Position numbers and translations under genes: made by a program | Virus record (IMG/VR): IMGVR_UViG_3300036770_004227 | Span: 1 to 60,605 of that record | Source of the DNA: a virus | Lineage: Duplodnaviria > Caudoviricetes | Length of the DNA: 60,605 nt | Reading direction: 5' to 3' (one strand) | The notes under the pieces: model-generated | Told to the model about the DNA's origin: nothing | Databases searched by the model: none | The model's input: only the letters and a program-made list of their open reading frames with translations | In this document: positions 38,883 to 49,194 of the stretch, piece after piece | Position numbering within the stretch: the stretch's first letter is position 1 | Layout: each line of letters begins with the position of its first letter

Positions 38883-41800
38883 TTAAATTAAAGTATCAAT
38901 AGTTAGTGCCTGTAAATTTAATTGCGACGCTGTTATAGATGATATTATTTGAATATTATCTACGGTAGCGCAACTTATTAAAATTTCATTTGGTTCACTG
39001 CCTATTTGTTGTAATGAACCATATGCTTGTCCAACACTATTTGGAACTATGATTATACTTGATATGTTTGGTGCTAGACTTTGTTGTATAAATGTGGCCA
39101 ATTCTGTAAAATAAAATGTTTCTCCGAAGTCCCAATTTCCTGAAGAGAAAAATACATTTATGAAAGAAATAACTCTACTCTTTATCTCCGTGTCTGATAA
39201 ATTTATATTCTGATTCTTAATAACTTTGAATGTTGCTTGTAATTCAGGTGCTGCTTTATTTCCAAATAGAGGCTTAAATTTAGCAGAGTTATAGATTATA
39301 GAATCACTTACTGATTTAAATTGCTCAATGTCTGAGAATGATATCTTTAACTGCGTAGCAGTAGGCATTTCTGGCTCAGATACTGTGCCAGTATTATCCA
39401 ATATCCATGCTCTGTAACTTGTTTCGTACTCTTTAGTTAATATGTACATGTCTATCAAGTTACTTGGACTTGGATCTATTCTTCTACTGCCAGGGGCATT
39501 ATGTCTATACTGAAAATATAGATCATTTCTTCCAATTCTGACCAAATACTGATCGCTAACCACTAGATTTCTAATGCCTTCTTGAACAGTTATTACGTAA
39601 AATATTGATTCATCGTAAGCATAGAAAATTTGGCCGTCAACGTAATTGTTAATATTTTGTAGTATATCCGTTCTTGTAGCAAAACTATCATTTACAATGC
39701 CATCCTCAAGTGGATCATATGTAACAAAGTTATTGTATGAAAAATTTTTAACGAAATAAACAAACTTATTACCTGGATAAGATATAGATTGCAATGTTTT
39801 ATTTCCAGAACTCAAAACTATCTCATAGTATATAGTAGAAGGTGGAGTTGTAGTGTTATCTACAATTGAAAATGTTTGTCCTACTTCAAAAGTGTTTATA
39901 ATACTTTTAATAGCATCAACACTGGTGTATGTGTCTATTATAGGCTGCACAATAGTATTGAAAATATCAGGATCGTCTGGAATATCATTTACGTTATCAT
40001 CACTATATGAAACTAAAACTTTTCGTGGATCTATATATCCGTCTGATTCTGGTGTTTGACTGTATATGTTGAGTATTAAATCGTTGGTTAATGGTATACC
40101 TGTATTGGCATTGCCATTAACTTTAAGAATTTTTACATTGTCATTAATTGTTTTACCCGTAACTGGATCATATATTTTAGTCTGTTCATCAAAGTAGAAA
40201 CTAGTTTCCTCTGTGCTTTCAAAAATATAGTTTAATCCACGAACATCAACTGTATATACAAGATTACTTACAGTGAATAGCACTAACCAACTTGAGTTTT
40301 TACTTGTTCCATCTGTATTTTCTTCGGATGCTTGGCTAAATTCACCTGTAGATATATCCTGTGAATTAATTATTTTCCAATTACGTGATTTTTGATCATA
40401 GCGTATACCGAAATTATTATAATTACTAATTAACGTAATTAATTGTGTGATAAACTCAGTAGAAAATTGATTACTAAATGCTGGTATTACCGCTATTACT
40501 TCTGTACCTGATGGTAGATTTACGCTAAGATTTACGGAACCCTGTCCGTTAGACAATCGAGTCTGACTACCATTGCCCACCAAGTTAGTCACTGACACGT
40601 AAATTAAAGTTTTTCCGTTTTGTGGTACTTGACCATTACTTGGTAATGATAGTATTTCATTTGATGAATTAAAATATTTTCCGCTACCTGGACTTAGAAT
40701 CAATATAGATCCCTCGTTAATGTATTGGCGATTGTCTACCTGTCCAACACCTACTGATGCAGCAGTGCCAGCAGTAGTAGAAGTTGAAAAATATCCAGAA
40801 CTTGATCCAGAGCCAGATGTTACACGAATCCAATATAAGTTAGATATTGAAAATCTTTTAAAATAGTAGTAGTAATAGTGTAATAGTGGATTACCTCTGA
40901 TGTATGTTAATACTTGATTTTGAATTATTCTATTAATATCAGCAGTGGTATTAAAAGTAAAACTGAAACTACTTGACCCGTCTTCTTTGTAAAATATTCC
41001 ATCCTGTGCGAATATATTTGTACTGCTATATCTACCGGTAGTGTCATTGACGTCTAAATATCTGCTTACACCACTGCTGGTACGATTCACTGCTTTAACT
41101 TTGCTTATTGAACTGTAGTTAGCGTATGGAAATATATTGTAGTCTTCGCCTGTTATCATACGATTTTGTGTATAATACAGTTGTGGCGCCTTTGTTTTTA
41201 TTTCTGCCAAACTTTCACGTGGCAATGAATTTGCAACGGTGTACTTTAAACTAGCCACTACCGTTAGTGTTTCAAGACGTCCTAATCTGCTTACGTATGG
41301 AATTCCAAACGTGATATTGCTCATTTCGTCTGGTGTTATTCTATAGTTAAGTCCTACGCTGGTTCTGTAGTATGTTCTGAACGTACCGGTTGGTATTTGA
41401 GCGTAAGTACCGTCTCCGAAAATTAAATCTATTTGATCGCCAGCACGTGTACTTACTTGAAAACTTTTTCTAGCGGCGTTATCGTTGTATATGATGTTCG
41501 TGCCGTTGACACTTGGTATTTTTGTCCATTGTTCTATCGCTTGACCTATACTGTTGAGTTCATACAGCCAAACGTCACTGTTGTTTATATTGTTTATGTT
41601 TATATTTGCAATATTGTTAGGTATACTCTCAGGAAATGAGAACGTGGTATTACCTAGCGAACCCTGCTTGAAATACAAAAAGAACCCAGTATTGTTACTA
41701 GCATTACCTAGATTGTCATTACGATACAATATGTTCAGTGGTCTACCTGGCAGTGGAGATGCTTCATACACAAAATCTTGATTTGCTATAGTAGGACTTA

Positions 41801-42443
41801 CTATTTCAAAATTCAAAGATGTATTATCTATTTGAACTGAAAATGGCAGTATAGGCAATGTACCTTGAACAGAGTTTAAATTGTATTCACTTACCTCAAT
41901 TCCATCTATTGTTTTTGATCCAGCAGGATTACCTACACTTTGATTAGATGCCAGTGCAGAGTTTAGTACTATGGTGAACTGCTCGTACCAGTCTGGGTTG
42001 GTCGAATCATTCCAAGTAATAATAGAGTTTGTGATATCATTACCAACAATATCACGAAGTGACTGTGTTGATTGTACACTTTCTATTTTTAGATAACCCG
42101 TGGCCGCTATATTTCTACTTGAATTATAACTAATTAAGCGTGCTAGTTTTAAAACACTGTCACGACGTTCTGCGGTATCAATGAAGTTTTCTCTAGCATT
42201 CAAATCGGTTCTGAATGCTAAACTTTGACCCAAAAATGCAATTAAATCTATTAACGCTATGTATTCGCTAGACTCGATAAAATCATTGAAATTTTCTGGA
42301 TAATAGATTTTTAAATAATCTATCATTGTTTTTCTTAACGTCTGAAAATCATAACTTTGAAAATCAGCGTTTCTAAAACTTTGATATATTTTTGTCCAGT
42401 CCTGATTAATAATCAGATTATTTTGTCGTTCAGTAATAGCCAT
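38883..42443 (-). CDS. gp6: Baseplate wedge subunit (gp6-like)
   Basis: DF..L......YL....PE.FNDF.ESS...LIDL.A.......FR.D....E.F..TA..R.SV..LA....Y; FGDG; Q.RMIT..DY motifs; TAAATA at 42460-42465. Confidence 0.85.
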   Translation of the reverse strand: MAITERQNNLIINQDWTKIYQSFRNADFQSYDFQTLRKTMIDYLKIYYPENFNDFIESSEYIALIDLIAFLGQSLAFRTDLNARENFIDTAERRDSVLKLARLISYNSSRNIAATGYLKIESVQSTQSLRDIVGNDITNSIITWNDSTNPDWYEQFTIVLNSALASNQSVGNPAGSKTIDGIEVSEYNLNSVQGTLPILPFSVQIDNTSLNFEIVSPTIANQDFVYEASPLPGRPLNILYRNDNLGNASNNTGFFLYFKQGSLGNTTFSFPESIPNNIANININNINNSDVWLYELNSIGQAIEQWTKIPSVNGTNIIYNDNAARKSFQVSTRAGDQIDLIFGDGTYAQIPTGTFRTYYRTSVGLNYRITPDEMSNITFGIPYVSRLGRLETLTVVASLKYTVANSLPRESLAEIKTKAPQLYYTQNRMITGEDYNIFPYANYSSISKVKAVNRTSSGVSRYLDVNDTTGRYSSTNIFAQDGIFYKEDGSSSFSFTFNTTADINRIIQNQVLTYIRGNPLLHYYYYYFKRFSISNLYWIRVTSGSGSSSGYFSTSTTAGTAASVGVGQVDNRQYINEGSILILSPGSGKYFNSSNEILSLPSNGQVPQNGKTLIYVSVTNLVGNGSQTRLSNGQGSVNLSVNLPSGTEVIAVIPAFSNQFSTEFITQLITLISNYNNFGIRYDQKSRNWKIINSQDISTGEFSQASEENTDGTSKNSSWLVLFTVSNLVYTVDVRGLNYIFESTEETSFYFDEQTKIYDPVTGKTINDNVKILKVNGNANTGIPLTNDLILNIYSQTPESDGYIDPRKVLVSYSDDNVNDIPDDPDIFNTIVQPIIDTYTSVDAIKSIINTFEVGQTFSIVDNTTTPPSTIYYEIVLSSGNKTLQSISYPGNKFVYFVKNFSYNNFVTYDPLEDGIVNDSFATRTDILQNINNYVDGQIFYAYDESIFYVITVQEGIRNLVVSDQYLVRIGRNDLYFQYRHNAPGSRRIDPSPSNLIDMYILTKEYETSYRAWILDNTGTVSEPEMPTATQLKISFSDIEQFKSVSDSIIYNSAKFKPLFGNKAAPELQATFKVIKNQNINLSDTEIKSRVISFINVFFSSGNWDFGETFYFTELATFIQQSLAPNISSIIIVPNSVGQAYGSLQQIGSEPNEILISCATVDNIQIISSITASQLNLQALTIDTLI

Positions 42444-42486
42444 AAATGTCTCTTTTTGTTATTTATCAAAAAAATATATGCTACTA

Positions 42487-42858
42487 TTAAAGATTTGTAG
42501 TTGATGTTTGGCTATTTCTTTCGAATTGCAGTTCTAGTGTATCTACTTTTCCAGTTGAAATATATATTAATTCCAATTCTATTTGTATTCCACGATCATA
42601 TTGAGTTACTATTACATTTTTGGCAGATATTCTAGGATCATTCGCCACTATCTTTTTTATATCTTGGACTATTAAATTTTTTGTTTCCTGCGTGAGAGGT
42701 TCAAATAACATGTCCCAAATTATTGTACCAAAATTTGGGTTCATTAATTTTTCACCCTTTCTAATATAGAAATGATTCTGCAAATCTCGTTTAACTAATT
42801 CAAAATCAGTTAAACTAAATTTTTTGCCAGTGGTTATGGAACTAAAACCTTTGTACAT
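42487..42858 (-). CDS. gp25: Baseplate wedge subunit (gp25-like)
   Basis: D..LVK.DL.N....RKGE....P.FG..IW..LFEP.....DPR motif. Confidence 0.88.
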   Translation of the reverse strand: MYKGFSSITTGKKFSLTDFELVKRDLQNHFYIRKGEKLMNPNFGTIIWDMLFEPLTQETKNLIVQDIKKIVANDPRISAKNVIVTQYDRGIQIELELIYISTGKVDTLELQFERNSQTSTTNL

Positions 42859-42868
42859 AATATAGTAT

Positions 42869-45007
42869 TTATTGCTCGTCGGTATATAAGTCAGTTTGCG
42901 TTAAACTAAATTTACCACGATTAAAATAATCTGTAGCACTAAATCCAGGAGCATCTGTACCAAATCTGCCTGTTTTAAACCATGTGGTTGCTCCTGCTGC
43001 GCCGGCTAAATGAGCGACTGACAACAGTCCAGATATGACATCTTTGGGTGTGCTCTTTGTTATGGCACCAGTTGCTTGTAAAGTAGCATAGTTATCTTTG
43101 GCTAAATTAAATATGGCCTGCTCCTGTAACTCAGGTGAACTAAGAAACTCATCTAGATTCGCTATATTGTCTTTGCTGATCCAATTGTTTGGATTACTAA
43201 GTGTTTCAATAGTCGAATCGAGACCTTCCTTGATATAGCCTAATTTTTGAAGATCCTCCGCACTGAATTGATATTTACCGACGAAGCCTGCTTCTTCTAT
43301 CTTACTGTACAGACCACCACTTTCAGCATCTCCTAGTTGTGCAAACATTGCTCTTACTTCGGTTGATGCTAACTCTCCGATGCCATCAACTGGTATTGGT
43401 TGACTTATAAATGCAGCAGGTGTCGCAGCATTTACTAGATCCGCTGCCTCGGCTATCTTAGGTCCTTCTGGATTAACTATCGTTTGTGGAGATATAGGAT
43501 TACCATCTATGTCAATATCAAATACATCCGCTTGTGCTTGTAATTCTTCTATCGCCTGTTCAATTCCCTGTCTAAAGTATGGTTCATGTGTTGGCACTTT
43601 GTAGTTAGTAGTGAACAATGCTCCATCAAATACTACTTGTTGTACCACTGATCCATTGGGAACTGCTGCTACATCAGGCAAAGTGTATTTCTGCAATAAA
43701 ACTGGATTTTCTATGTTCGGACTATTTCCACTGCCATTAAGAGCAATGGTACTACCGTTAATAGCCATTTTACCAGATGCTTTTATTCGCATAGCAGATG
43801 AAGCCACCATGTCTAGCGTACTTGCACTTTTTGTTTCTATCTTCTTGCCAAACGATTTCAGTTTAACCAATGCTGTATGATTTATTTCCTGTGCCTCTAC
43901 GTTGAAATTTTTGGTAGTAGCAAAGTTTATATTTTCTCTAGCAAAAAAACTTATGTTCTTGTCACTGTGCATCATCAAATTACCAGATGTTCGCACTGAC
44001 ATATCTCTGGCTCCGTAAATTAGTATGTCGCCTTCCTTTGTTAATTCAACCCAGGCTGACCCAGCAGCATTACTAATGTAAATAATGCCTTCAGTGTCAT
44101 GTAATAGCACTTGATGGCCAGCAGAGGATTTAAGACGAACTAGATTATCTTTGCCGTAAATATCTCCATCGTCCATGATTAGGCTATGTCCGCCAACCCT
44201 AGTACTGACTATATAATTATTGGCATTAAAATTGCCCGTTGCTAACTTTGTTGCTAGATTGCTATCCAATGCTGGATCTTGAGGTGGTATAGGTCGTCCT
44301 GGAGTACTGACGCCAAACACTGAACTAGTTGGGTCTCGTTGACTACTACTCGTAATAGTACCACGAACTTCATCTCCATCTAAACCCTGTATCAATAGTT
44401 GTGCAGTTTTATATACGTGAAGTGGCTTTTTTACTTCCTTTACTGGTTGTGAATACCCAGATTTCAAATTTTCATTCCACTCACCAACGGGATATTTTTT
44501 GTTAGGATCTAATATAAATCCAGATTGTTCTATACTGTATTGATCAATGTACTTATAGTCAGTAGCACCTATTGCAGGTGTCATGTATATACTGGCACTT
44601 TTGTTAATACATGCAAACCAATAACCCTCAACCGATCCCTCTAAAAAGCAACATAAAACTTGATTGCCTACATCAGGTGGGATCATAAAAAACCCATAAG
44701 TTTGTGTGGTTTTCAAGAATGTATTAGCATCACGTGTTTCTGCCGGCGAGAATTCTGACCCTCTGATACCACTAGTTTGTCCGAAATATGGGCTAGCATA
44801 TGACACTAATTTCCAATTAACTGAATTATCAGGTTCTGGTCCGCCTAATTGTTTTATGTACACCCATAAACGTCCTGTTCTTGTGGACGTATCAAGTTTT
44901 TTTACAATACCAACGTAAATTCCAGATTGTGATGGTATTTCTTGACCAGATTTATCAAGAATGGATGGAGTTCTTGATCCAATAATAGGTCTACTTAATG
45001 AAGTCAA
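42869..45007 (-). CDS. gp5: Baseplate hub/spike protein (gp5-like) with C-terminal lysozyme-like domain
   Basis: OB-fold GR..V.I...PPDVG.QV...F; GH...MDD/GH....HD beta-helix entry; HEPY; C-terminal ESGG.Y......GKYQF; probable TTG start at 45007 after AGGA. Confidence 0.75.
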   Translation of the reverse strand: MTSLSRPIIGSRTPSILDKSGQEIPSQSGIYVGIVKKLDTSTRTGRLWVYIKQLGGPEPDNSVNWKLVSYASPYFGQTSGIRGSEFSPAETRDANTFLKTTQTYGFFMIPPDVGNQVLCCFLEGSVEGYWFACINKSASIYMTPAIGATDYKYIDQYSIEQSGFILDPNKKYPVGEWNENLKSGYSQPVKEVKKPLHVYKTAQLLIQGLDGDEVRGTITSSSQRDPTSSVFGVSTPGRPIPPQDPALDSNLATKLATGNFNANNYIVSTRVGGHSLIMDDGDIYGKDNLVRLKSSAGHQVLLHDTEGIIYISNAAGSAWVELTKEGDILIYGARDMSVRTSGNLMMHSDKNISFFARENINFATTKNFNVEAQEINHTALVKLKSFGKKIETKSASTLDMVASSAMRIKASGKMAINGSTIALNGSGNSPNIENPVLLQKYTLPDVAAVPNGSVVQQVVFDGALFTTNYKVPTHEPYFRQGIEQAIEELQAQADVFDIDIDGNPISPQTIVNPEGPKIAEAADLVNAATPAAFISQPIPVDGIGELASTEVRAMFAQLGDAESGGLYSKIEEAGFVGKYQFSAEDLQKLGYIKEGLDSTIETLSNPNNWISKDNIANLDEFLSSPELQEQAIFNLAKDNYATLQATGAITKSTPKDVISGLLSVAHLAGAAGATTWFKTGRFGTDAPGFSATDYFNRGKFSLTQTDLYTDEQ

Positions 45008-45017
45008 TTTATATTTC

Positions 45018-47864
45018 CTATATTCCAGAGCCGGGCAATACACCCCAATCAACGTCTAAAACTTGCTGCGCCACTTGTGTGGGCGCCTGAGTATTTGTTT
45101 GCCCAACTGTACTTATATTGTCAAAAAGACCTCCAACATTTCTTCTGATTACACTTACACCTTGATTCACGGCATCAGAGGTTAATCTACCAGCAGTTTG
45201 TGTTACAGTATTTAATCCAAAATTCAACAAGTCACTTCCACTGCCACTGCCTAATCCAAAGTTGGTAAGTAGTTGTGCATTTACTGAGTTTGCGTCAGCA
45301 AGAAATTCTGTTTGAGATGGTACATTAAATCTAAATGAACGTTGTTGAGCGACAACAAGAGAAGTAGATATACTTTTTACTTGTTCTTGACGTAATGCAC
45401 TGTACTCTATGCCTATCTGATCAAACAATACTTTTGCCATTCTCAACGTTTGTTCAAATTTACCTCTACTGAATACGGAATCGACCGTAATTAGTTTGTA
45501 TACTCCACTGAAATTGCTATAGCCTAGCGATTTTGCTTCAATGAGAGATTCTGGTCCTAGTATCTCATTTGCTTTTATTGGTGCCAATCCTAGCGTTTCG
45601 TCGTAATCTGTCGGACTCAAAAAGTTAACAAATATATACAATTCACCAGTGTCCATGAATAGACTTTTATTAGCGGTCAATGCGGAATCTTGACCACCAG
45701 TGGGGCGATTATAAAAAAAGTCATCTTGTTTGATAAATAGCGGGTCACCTAGTATTCTTAGTTCCAGTTCAATCATGTCGGCACGTGCATCAATTAGCAG
45801 AGAATTTTTTAAGTCACCTGATGCTATTGCTTTCTGGGTATTACCACCGATCAAGGTAGTAGTATTCGAATTTCCAGTCACAGGGGCGACGCCAGGCGTA
45901 GCCACTGGATCGCCCGTAACAGGCAATGCTTGAGTAACCTTTGTATTGATAGGATCTGCGGCCGGACCTGCTGGATTTAATCCACTGCCAGTTGATCCTT
46001 GCACTGATTTGTTTAATGCAGCAGTTACTGCTAGAAGATATAAAGTATTGAAAGAGATATTCCAATCAAGTATATCACGATTTCTACCAGTGAACATATA
46101 ATCATATTTCTTTACATAACCCTCAACTCTGCCTCTAGGAGCGTATGGATATTTTGAAGAGATGGTGAATTTTTTAACGTGAAAAATTATTTGCTCTGGT
46201 ACATATCTTCCTAATGAATCATCCCATGATCCGATTTTTAGTGTAGGGACTATTTTGTACCAATTAAGAGGTCTACTAAACTTTTGAACTATTGTTTCAA
46301 TATTGGAACCACTCTGTACATCATTTTTTATTTGAGTAGCCAATTGTTGTTGATCAGGCAATACTATCTGATCTAGAATATAGTCACTCTGACGAACTAT
46401 GAAATCAATCAAACTAGTCATTGATGAGCCAGCAGGAACATTAATTACCCCAGATCTATAAGATAGACTATTTCCTTTTGCTGCGCCTCCCGCTGTCTGA
46501 GCATCCGTAGATGAATTTGATGCATTTGGATTAGAGCCAGCGATTGATGCGTCTGTTGGTTGAGGACCACTGAATAACTTTGCTCTACCTATTTCCTCAT
46601 CAAAAATTACAGCGTATTTAGTTGCATATTTTATATCGCCTTTATCCTTCAATGCGCTATAATAATCGTTAAATGCCTTAGAAATAGAATTTACATCTAC
46701 CGTAGTACTGGTTATTTTTTTAAGATTTGCAGCAGCAGTTGCTAAACGTGTATCTACATCACTTAGATTAGTTATACTGTCTACATCTTGTCCACCTGTT
46801 TGCACTATTTGCTCACGTAATCTAGTTAATTGACTAACTTCACGTTGAGCACTTGTTTGCTCATCTATTATGTTGGTAAAGGCATTAGCAGTTTCATAAT
46901 CATTAACATCTGGATTAAAAGCAGATGCAACTGTACTTGCATTAATTGTAGTACCAAAAGGCAAAGTAGAATTTAACTCAGATAATGCTTGATGATTGTA
47001 CGGCACTGCCTCTACTCTATATTCTGCACCTGACTGTTTTACTTGAGTTTCCACATTTATGATTCTTATAGGTATAATTTTCGTCAGATCGGTTATTTTT
47101 TCAGGTTTTGAATCTGCCGTATCTTTATAGCCAAAGAAATCTATCTGTAATACGTATGCCATTTGTATATATGCACCAGGTGCATTAACACTTCTTGAGT
47201 TAATCTCATCTGCCGCTGCAATCATCCGGTTAATTAATGTGAAGCCGTTTGGCTCTATTATAGTAAAAGAACACTCTATTAGATTTGAGTTAGTGTTACG
47301 TTTAGTCGGCAAAATGACGGTTTGCATTTTAAAGTCTTCAAAATAGAAGTCCTCTTTAAAATGTCTATTTCTCTTGAAATTTTCGTCATTATATCTACCA
47401 GCACTACTTATGATAACGTTTTTAGCAACATACGGTGATGGATTAGAATTAAAGTAATTTGCATTAATAACATTATTGTAATCTTCATTGGATAGCATAT
47501 GAAGACTGAGATTGTATGTGTATGAAGCGTATGCATGTAATGGATTATCAACAGGTTTTTGTATTTTCGGAGCGCCATTAATTTCGTAACTAAGTGGTCC
47601 AGTATATCCCTCAGTTCCCTGTTTATTTGGATTATATGCACTGGTTGTTGCAAGTAACACACTTTCATCTATATATGTCGATTCATCTAACGTTTGTCGC
47701 ACCCTCTGTGTTTCTGTTTGTATATCTACTAAACGCTGTCTGTCTTCTGCTGACAGTGGAGCACTAGTGTCAGATAATTGACCAGTTAATGCAGGTATAC
47801 CATCACCCAACGGGGTGGTAAGAGGATCTACAGCGAATGGTAATATATTTCCATCAACACTCAT
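45018..47864 (-). CDS. Baseplate hub protein (gp27-like position)
   Basis: NPL..YASYTY, F.I.EP.G, K.Y.Y.FTG.N.DI, L.I.GDP, FSG.Y....V...F..GKF.Q.L motifs; lies between gp53-like and gp5-like genes. Confidence 0.6.
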   Translation of the reverse strand: MSVDGNILPFAVDPLTTPLGDGIPALTGQLSDTSAPLSAEDRQRLVDIQTETQRVRQTLDESTYIDESVLLATTSAYNPNKQGTEGYTGPLSYEINGAPKIQKPVDNPLHAYASYTYNLSLHMLSNEDYNNVINANYFNSNPSPYVAKNVIISSAGRYNDENFKRNRHFKEDFYFEDFKMQTVILPTKRNTNSNLIECSFTIIEPNGFTLINRMIAAADEINSRSVNAPGAYIQMAYVLQIDFFGYKDTADSKPEKITDLTKIIPIRIINVETQVKQSGAEYRVEAVPYNHQALSELNSTLPFGTTINASTVASAFNPDVNDYETANAFTNIIDEQTSAQREVSQLTRLREQIVQTGGQDVDSITNLSDVDTRLATAAANLKKITSTTVDVNSISKAFNDYYSALKDKGDIKYATKYAVIFDEEIGRAKLFSGPQPTDASIAGSNPNASNSSTDAQTAGGAAKGNSLSYRSGVINVPAGSSMTSLIDFIVRQSDYILDQIVLPDQQQLATQIKNDVQSGSNIETIVQKFSRPLNWYKIVPTLKIGSWDDSLGRYVPEQIIFHVKKFTISSKYPYAPRGRVEGYVKKYDYMFTGRNRDILDWNISFNTLYLLAVTAALNKSVQGSTGSGLNPAGPAADPINTKVTQALPVTGDPVATPGVAPVTGNSNTTTLIGGNTQKAIASGDLKNSLLIDARADMIELELRILGDPLFIKQDDFFYNRPTGGQDSALTANKSLFMDTGELYIFVNFLSPTDYDETLGLAPIKANEILGPESLIEAKSLGYSNFSGVYKLITVDSVFSRGKFEQTLRMAKVLFDQIGIEYSALRQEQVKSISTSLVVAQQRSFRFNVPSQTEFLADANSVNAQLLTNFGLGSGSGSDLLNFGLNTVTQTAGRLTSDAVNQGVSVIRRNVGGLFDNISTVGQTNTQAPTQVAQQVLDVDWGVLPGSGI

Positions 47865-47868
47865 CGTA

Positions 47869-48171
47869 TTAACCTATTATTCCAGTGAGTGTTGATTTTT
47901 TAGGTAAGTAGATTTTTGAGCCTATCCGCATATCAAATATTGGATCCCGAACAGAATTGGGATTTCGTAGAGCAAATACCCACCATAAGTTTGCATCACC
48001 ATACAAGTCATATGCTAGTAAGTCTGGACGATACTGATAAGTCCTGTTAATTTCAAAAATCACATCATCTGCATTTTTTGGTATATCTGGAAAATTTGCT
48101 AAGTCTAAGAAATTTCCGTAAAATTGTGTTTTGCCGTATGGACTATTTCTAGCGTATGTAACTTGTGCCAT
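47869..48171 (-). CDS. gp53: Baseplate wedge subunit (gp53-like, LysM-type)
   Basis: Y.YRPDLLAYDLYG...LWWVF..RN....DPI motif. Confidence 0.85.
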   Translation of the reverse strand: MAQVTYARNSPYGKTQFYGNFLDLANFPDIPKNADDVIFEINRTYQYRPDLLAYDLYGDANLWWVFALRNPNSVRDPIFDMRIGSKIYLPKKSTLTGIIG

Positions 48172-49085
48172 TATATGAATCCTCCTTCAGGACTATTTCC
48201 ACCTCGTATTGTTTCTCCTCTCGCATATTTCTCCAACGTGAACTTGGCTACGTTACTTCTACTATAGACTGGTTGCAGACTCACTGAAATAGTGCTACTC
48301 GTAGGCAAACGAACAACACCGCCATACGAATCTTTAGGTGACGGAGGACCAACCGGTAACTGCCCGCTTGAACCTATATCAACTCCTATCGGTACTTGAA
48401 CATAGTCAACGTCACCTGACATCGTGTGTGAAAACTGTGTCACTACACATGGAATATGAGGCAAGTAAGCATCGCCATATCCATCCAAGAAAACAAGTGG
48501 CGGTGGACTGCCCGCATATTCGTCAGCACCAAAAAACATTTTTGTACATATTCTAAAGAACTGAATTGCTGCCATTAGATACTGGCCTTCTTTAACATTC
48601 TGAACAGTAAACTCACCATTTATTTGTATTGATCCAATTTCACTGCCTTCGTAAAAATAACTATTGTAGTTAGAATGGGTTAAAACTTGAGAACCATATC
48701 GTGCTGTATGACTCAATGTTATTGTTGGCGTATATGGAAATACTACCCCAGAAGTACCTGTTCTACTGTTTAATGCTCTAAGTAATGCGTTTGCAGGATT
48801 ATCATAAAACATGTTAGCAACAGTATTACTCATGCTAATTCTGACTCGCCAATCATTCTCTGGGCTTATTTCAGATCCATCAGAACTTTGAAAATTTATG
48901 TTAAATACACTACCGGCTATATCTTTAAGTAACCCATTTGCACCAGCAGTTAATCCTGCTTGCGCTAAACGTGCTCCACTTGAATCAGCGAAACTTAAAT
49001 TGTTAGCCAGTGCAGGTATACCAGATGAAGATGATATGTTTCTAGCAACACCCCCTTCTTCAAAATCACTTTCAAGGCCAGTCAT
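48171..49085 (-). CDS. Baseplate-tail tube junction protein (gp48/gp54-like)
   Basis: FPYTP.I....A.Y......HSNY, GSPPP...L..YG....P.V...F motif; first gene of the block; TAAATA at 49108-49113. Confidence 0.6.
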   Translation of the reverse strand: MTGLESDFEEGGVARNISSSSGIPALANNLSFADSSGARLAQAGLTAGANGLLKDIAGSVFNINFQSSDGSEISPENDWRVRISMSNTVANMFYDNPANALLRALNSRTGTSGVVFPYTPTITLSHTARYGSQVLTHSNYNSYFYEGSEIGSIQINGEFTVQNVKEGQYLMAAIQFFRICTKMFFGADEYAGSPPPLVFLDGYGDAYLPHIPCVVTQFSHTMSGDVDYVQVPIGVDIGSSGQLPVGPPSPKDSYGGVVRLPTSSTISVSLQPVYSRSNVAKFTLEKYARGETIRGGNSPEGGFI

Positions 49086-49142
49086 AATAATCCATAGTTA
49101 ATAAAATTATTTATCATATAATAATATGTGTTTATTATGTTG

Positions 49143-49172
49143 TTGACTTTCAATCACATTTTATGCTATTAT
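49143..49172 (+). promoter_or_regulatory. Sigma70-type promoter for the late sigma factor gene
   Basis: TTGACT-18 bp-TATTAT with TG extended -10. Confidence 0.55.
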
Positions 49173-49194
49173 ATTTTATCAAAGGAGAATAGCC

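Noticed and set aside
25439-48556. Numerous short plus-strand ORFs inside the baseplate genes
   Set aside because: Antisense shadows of long minus-strand genes with no SD, promoter or motif support.
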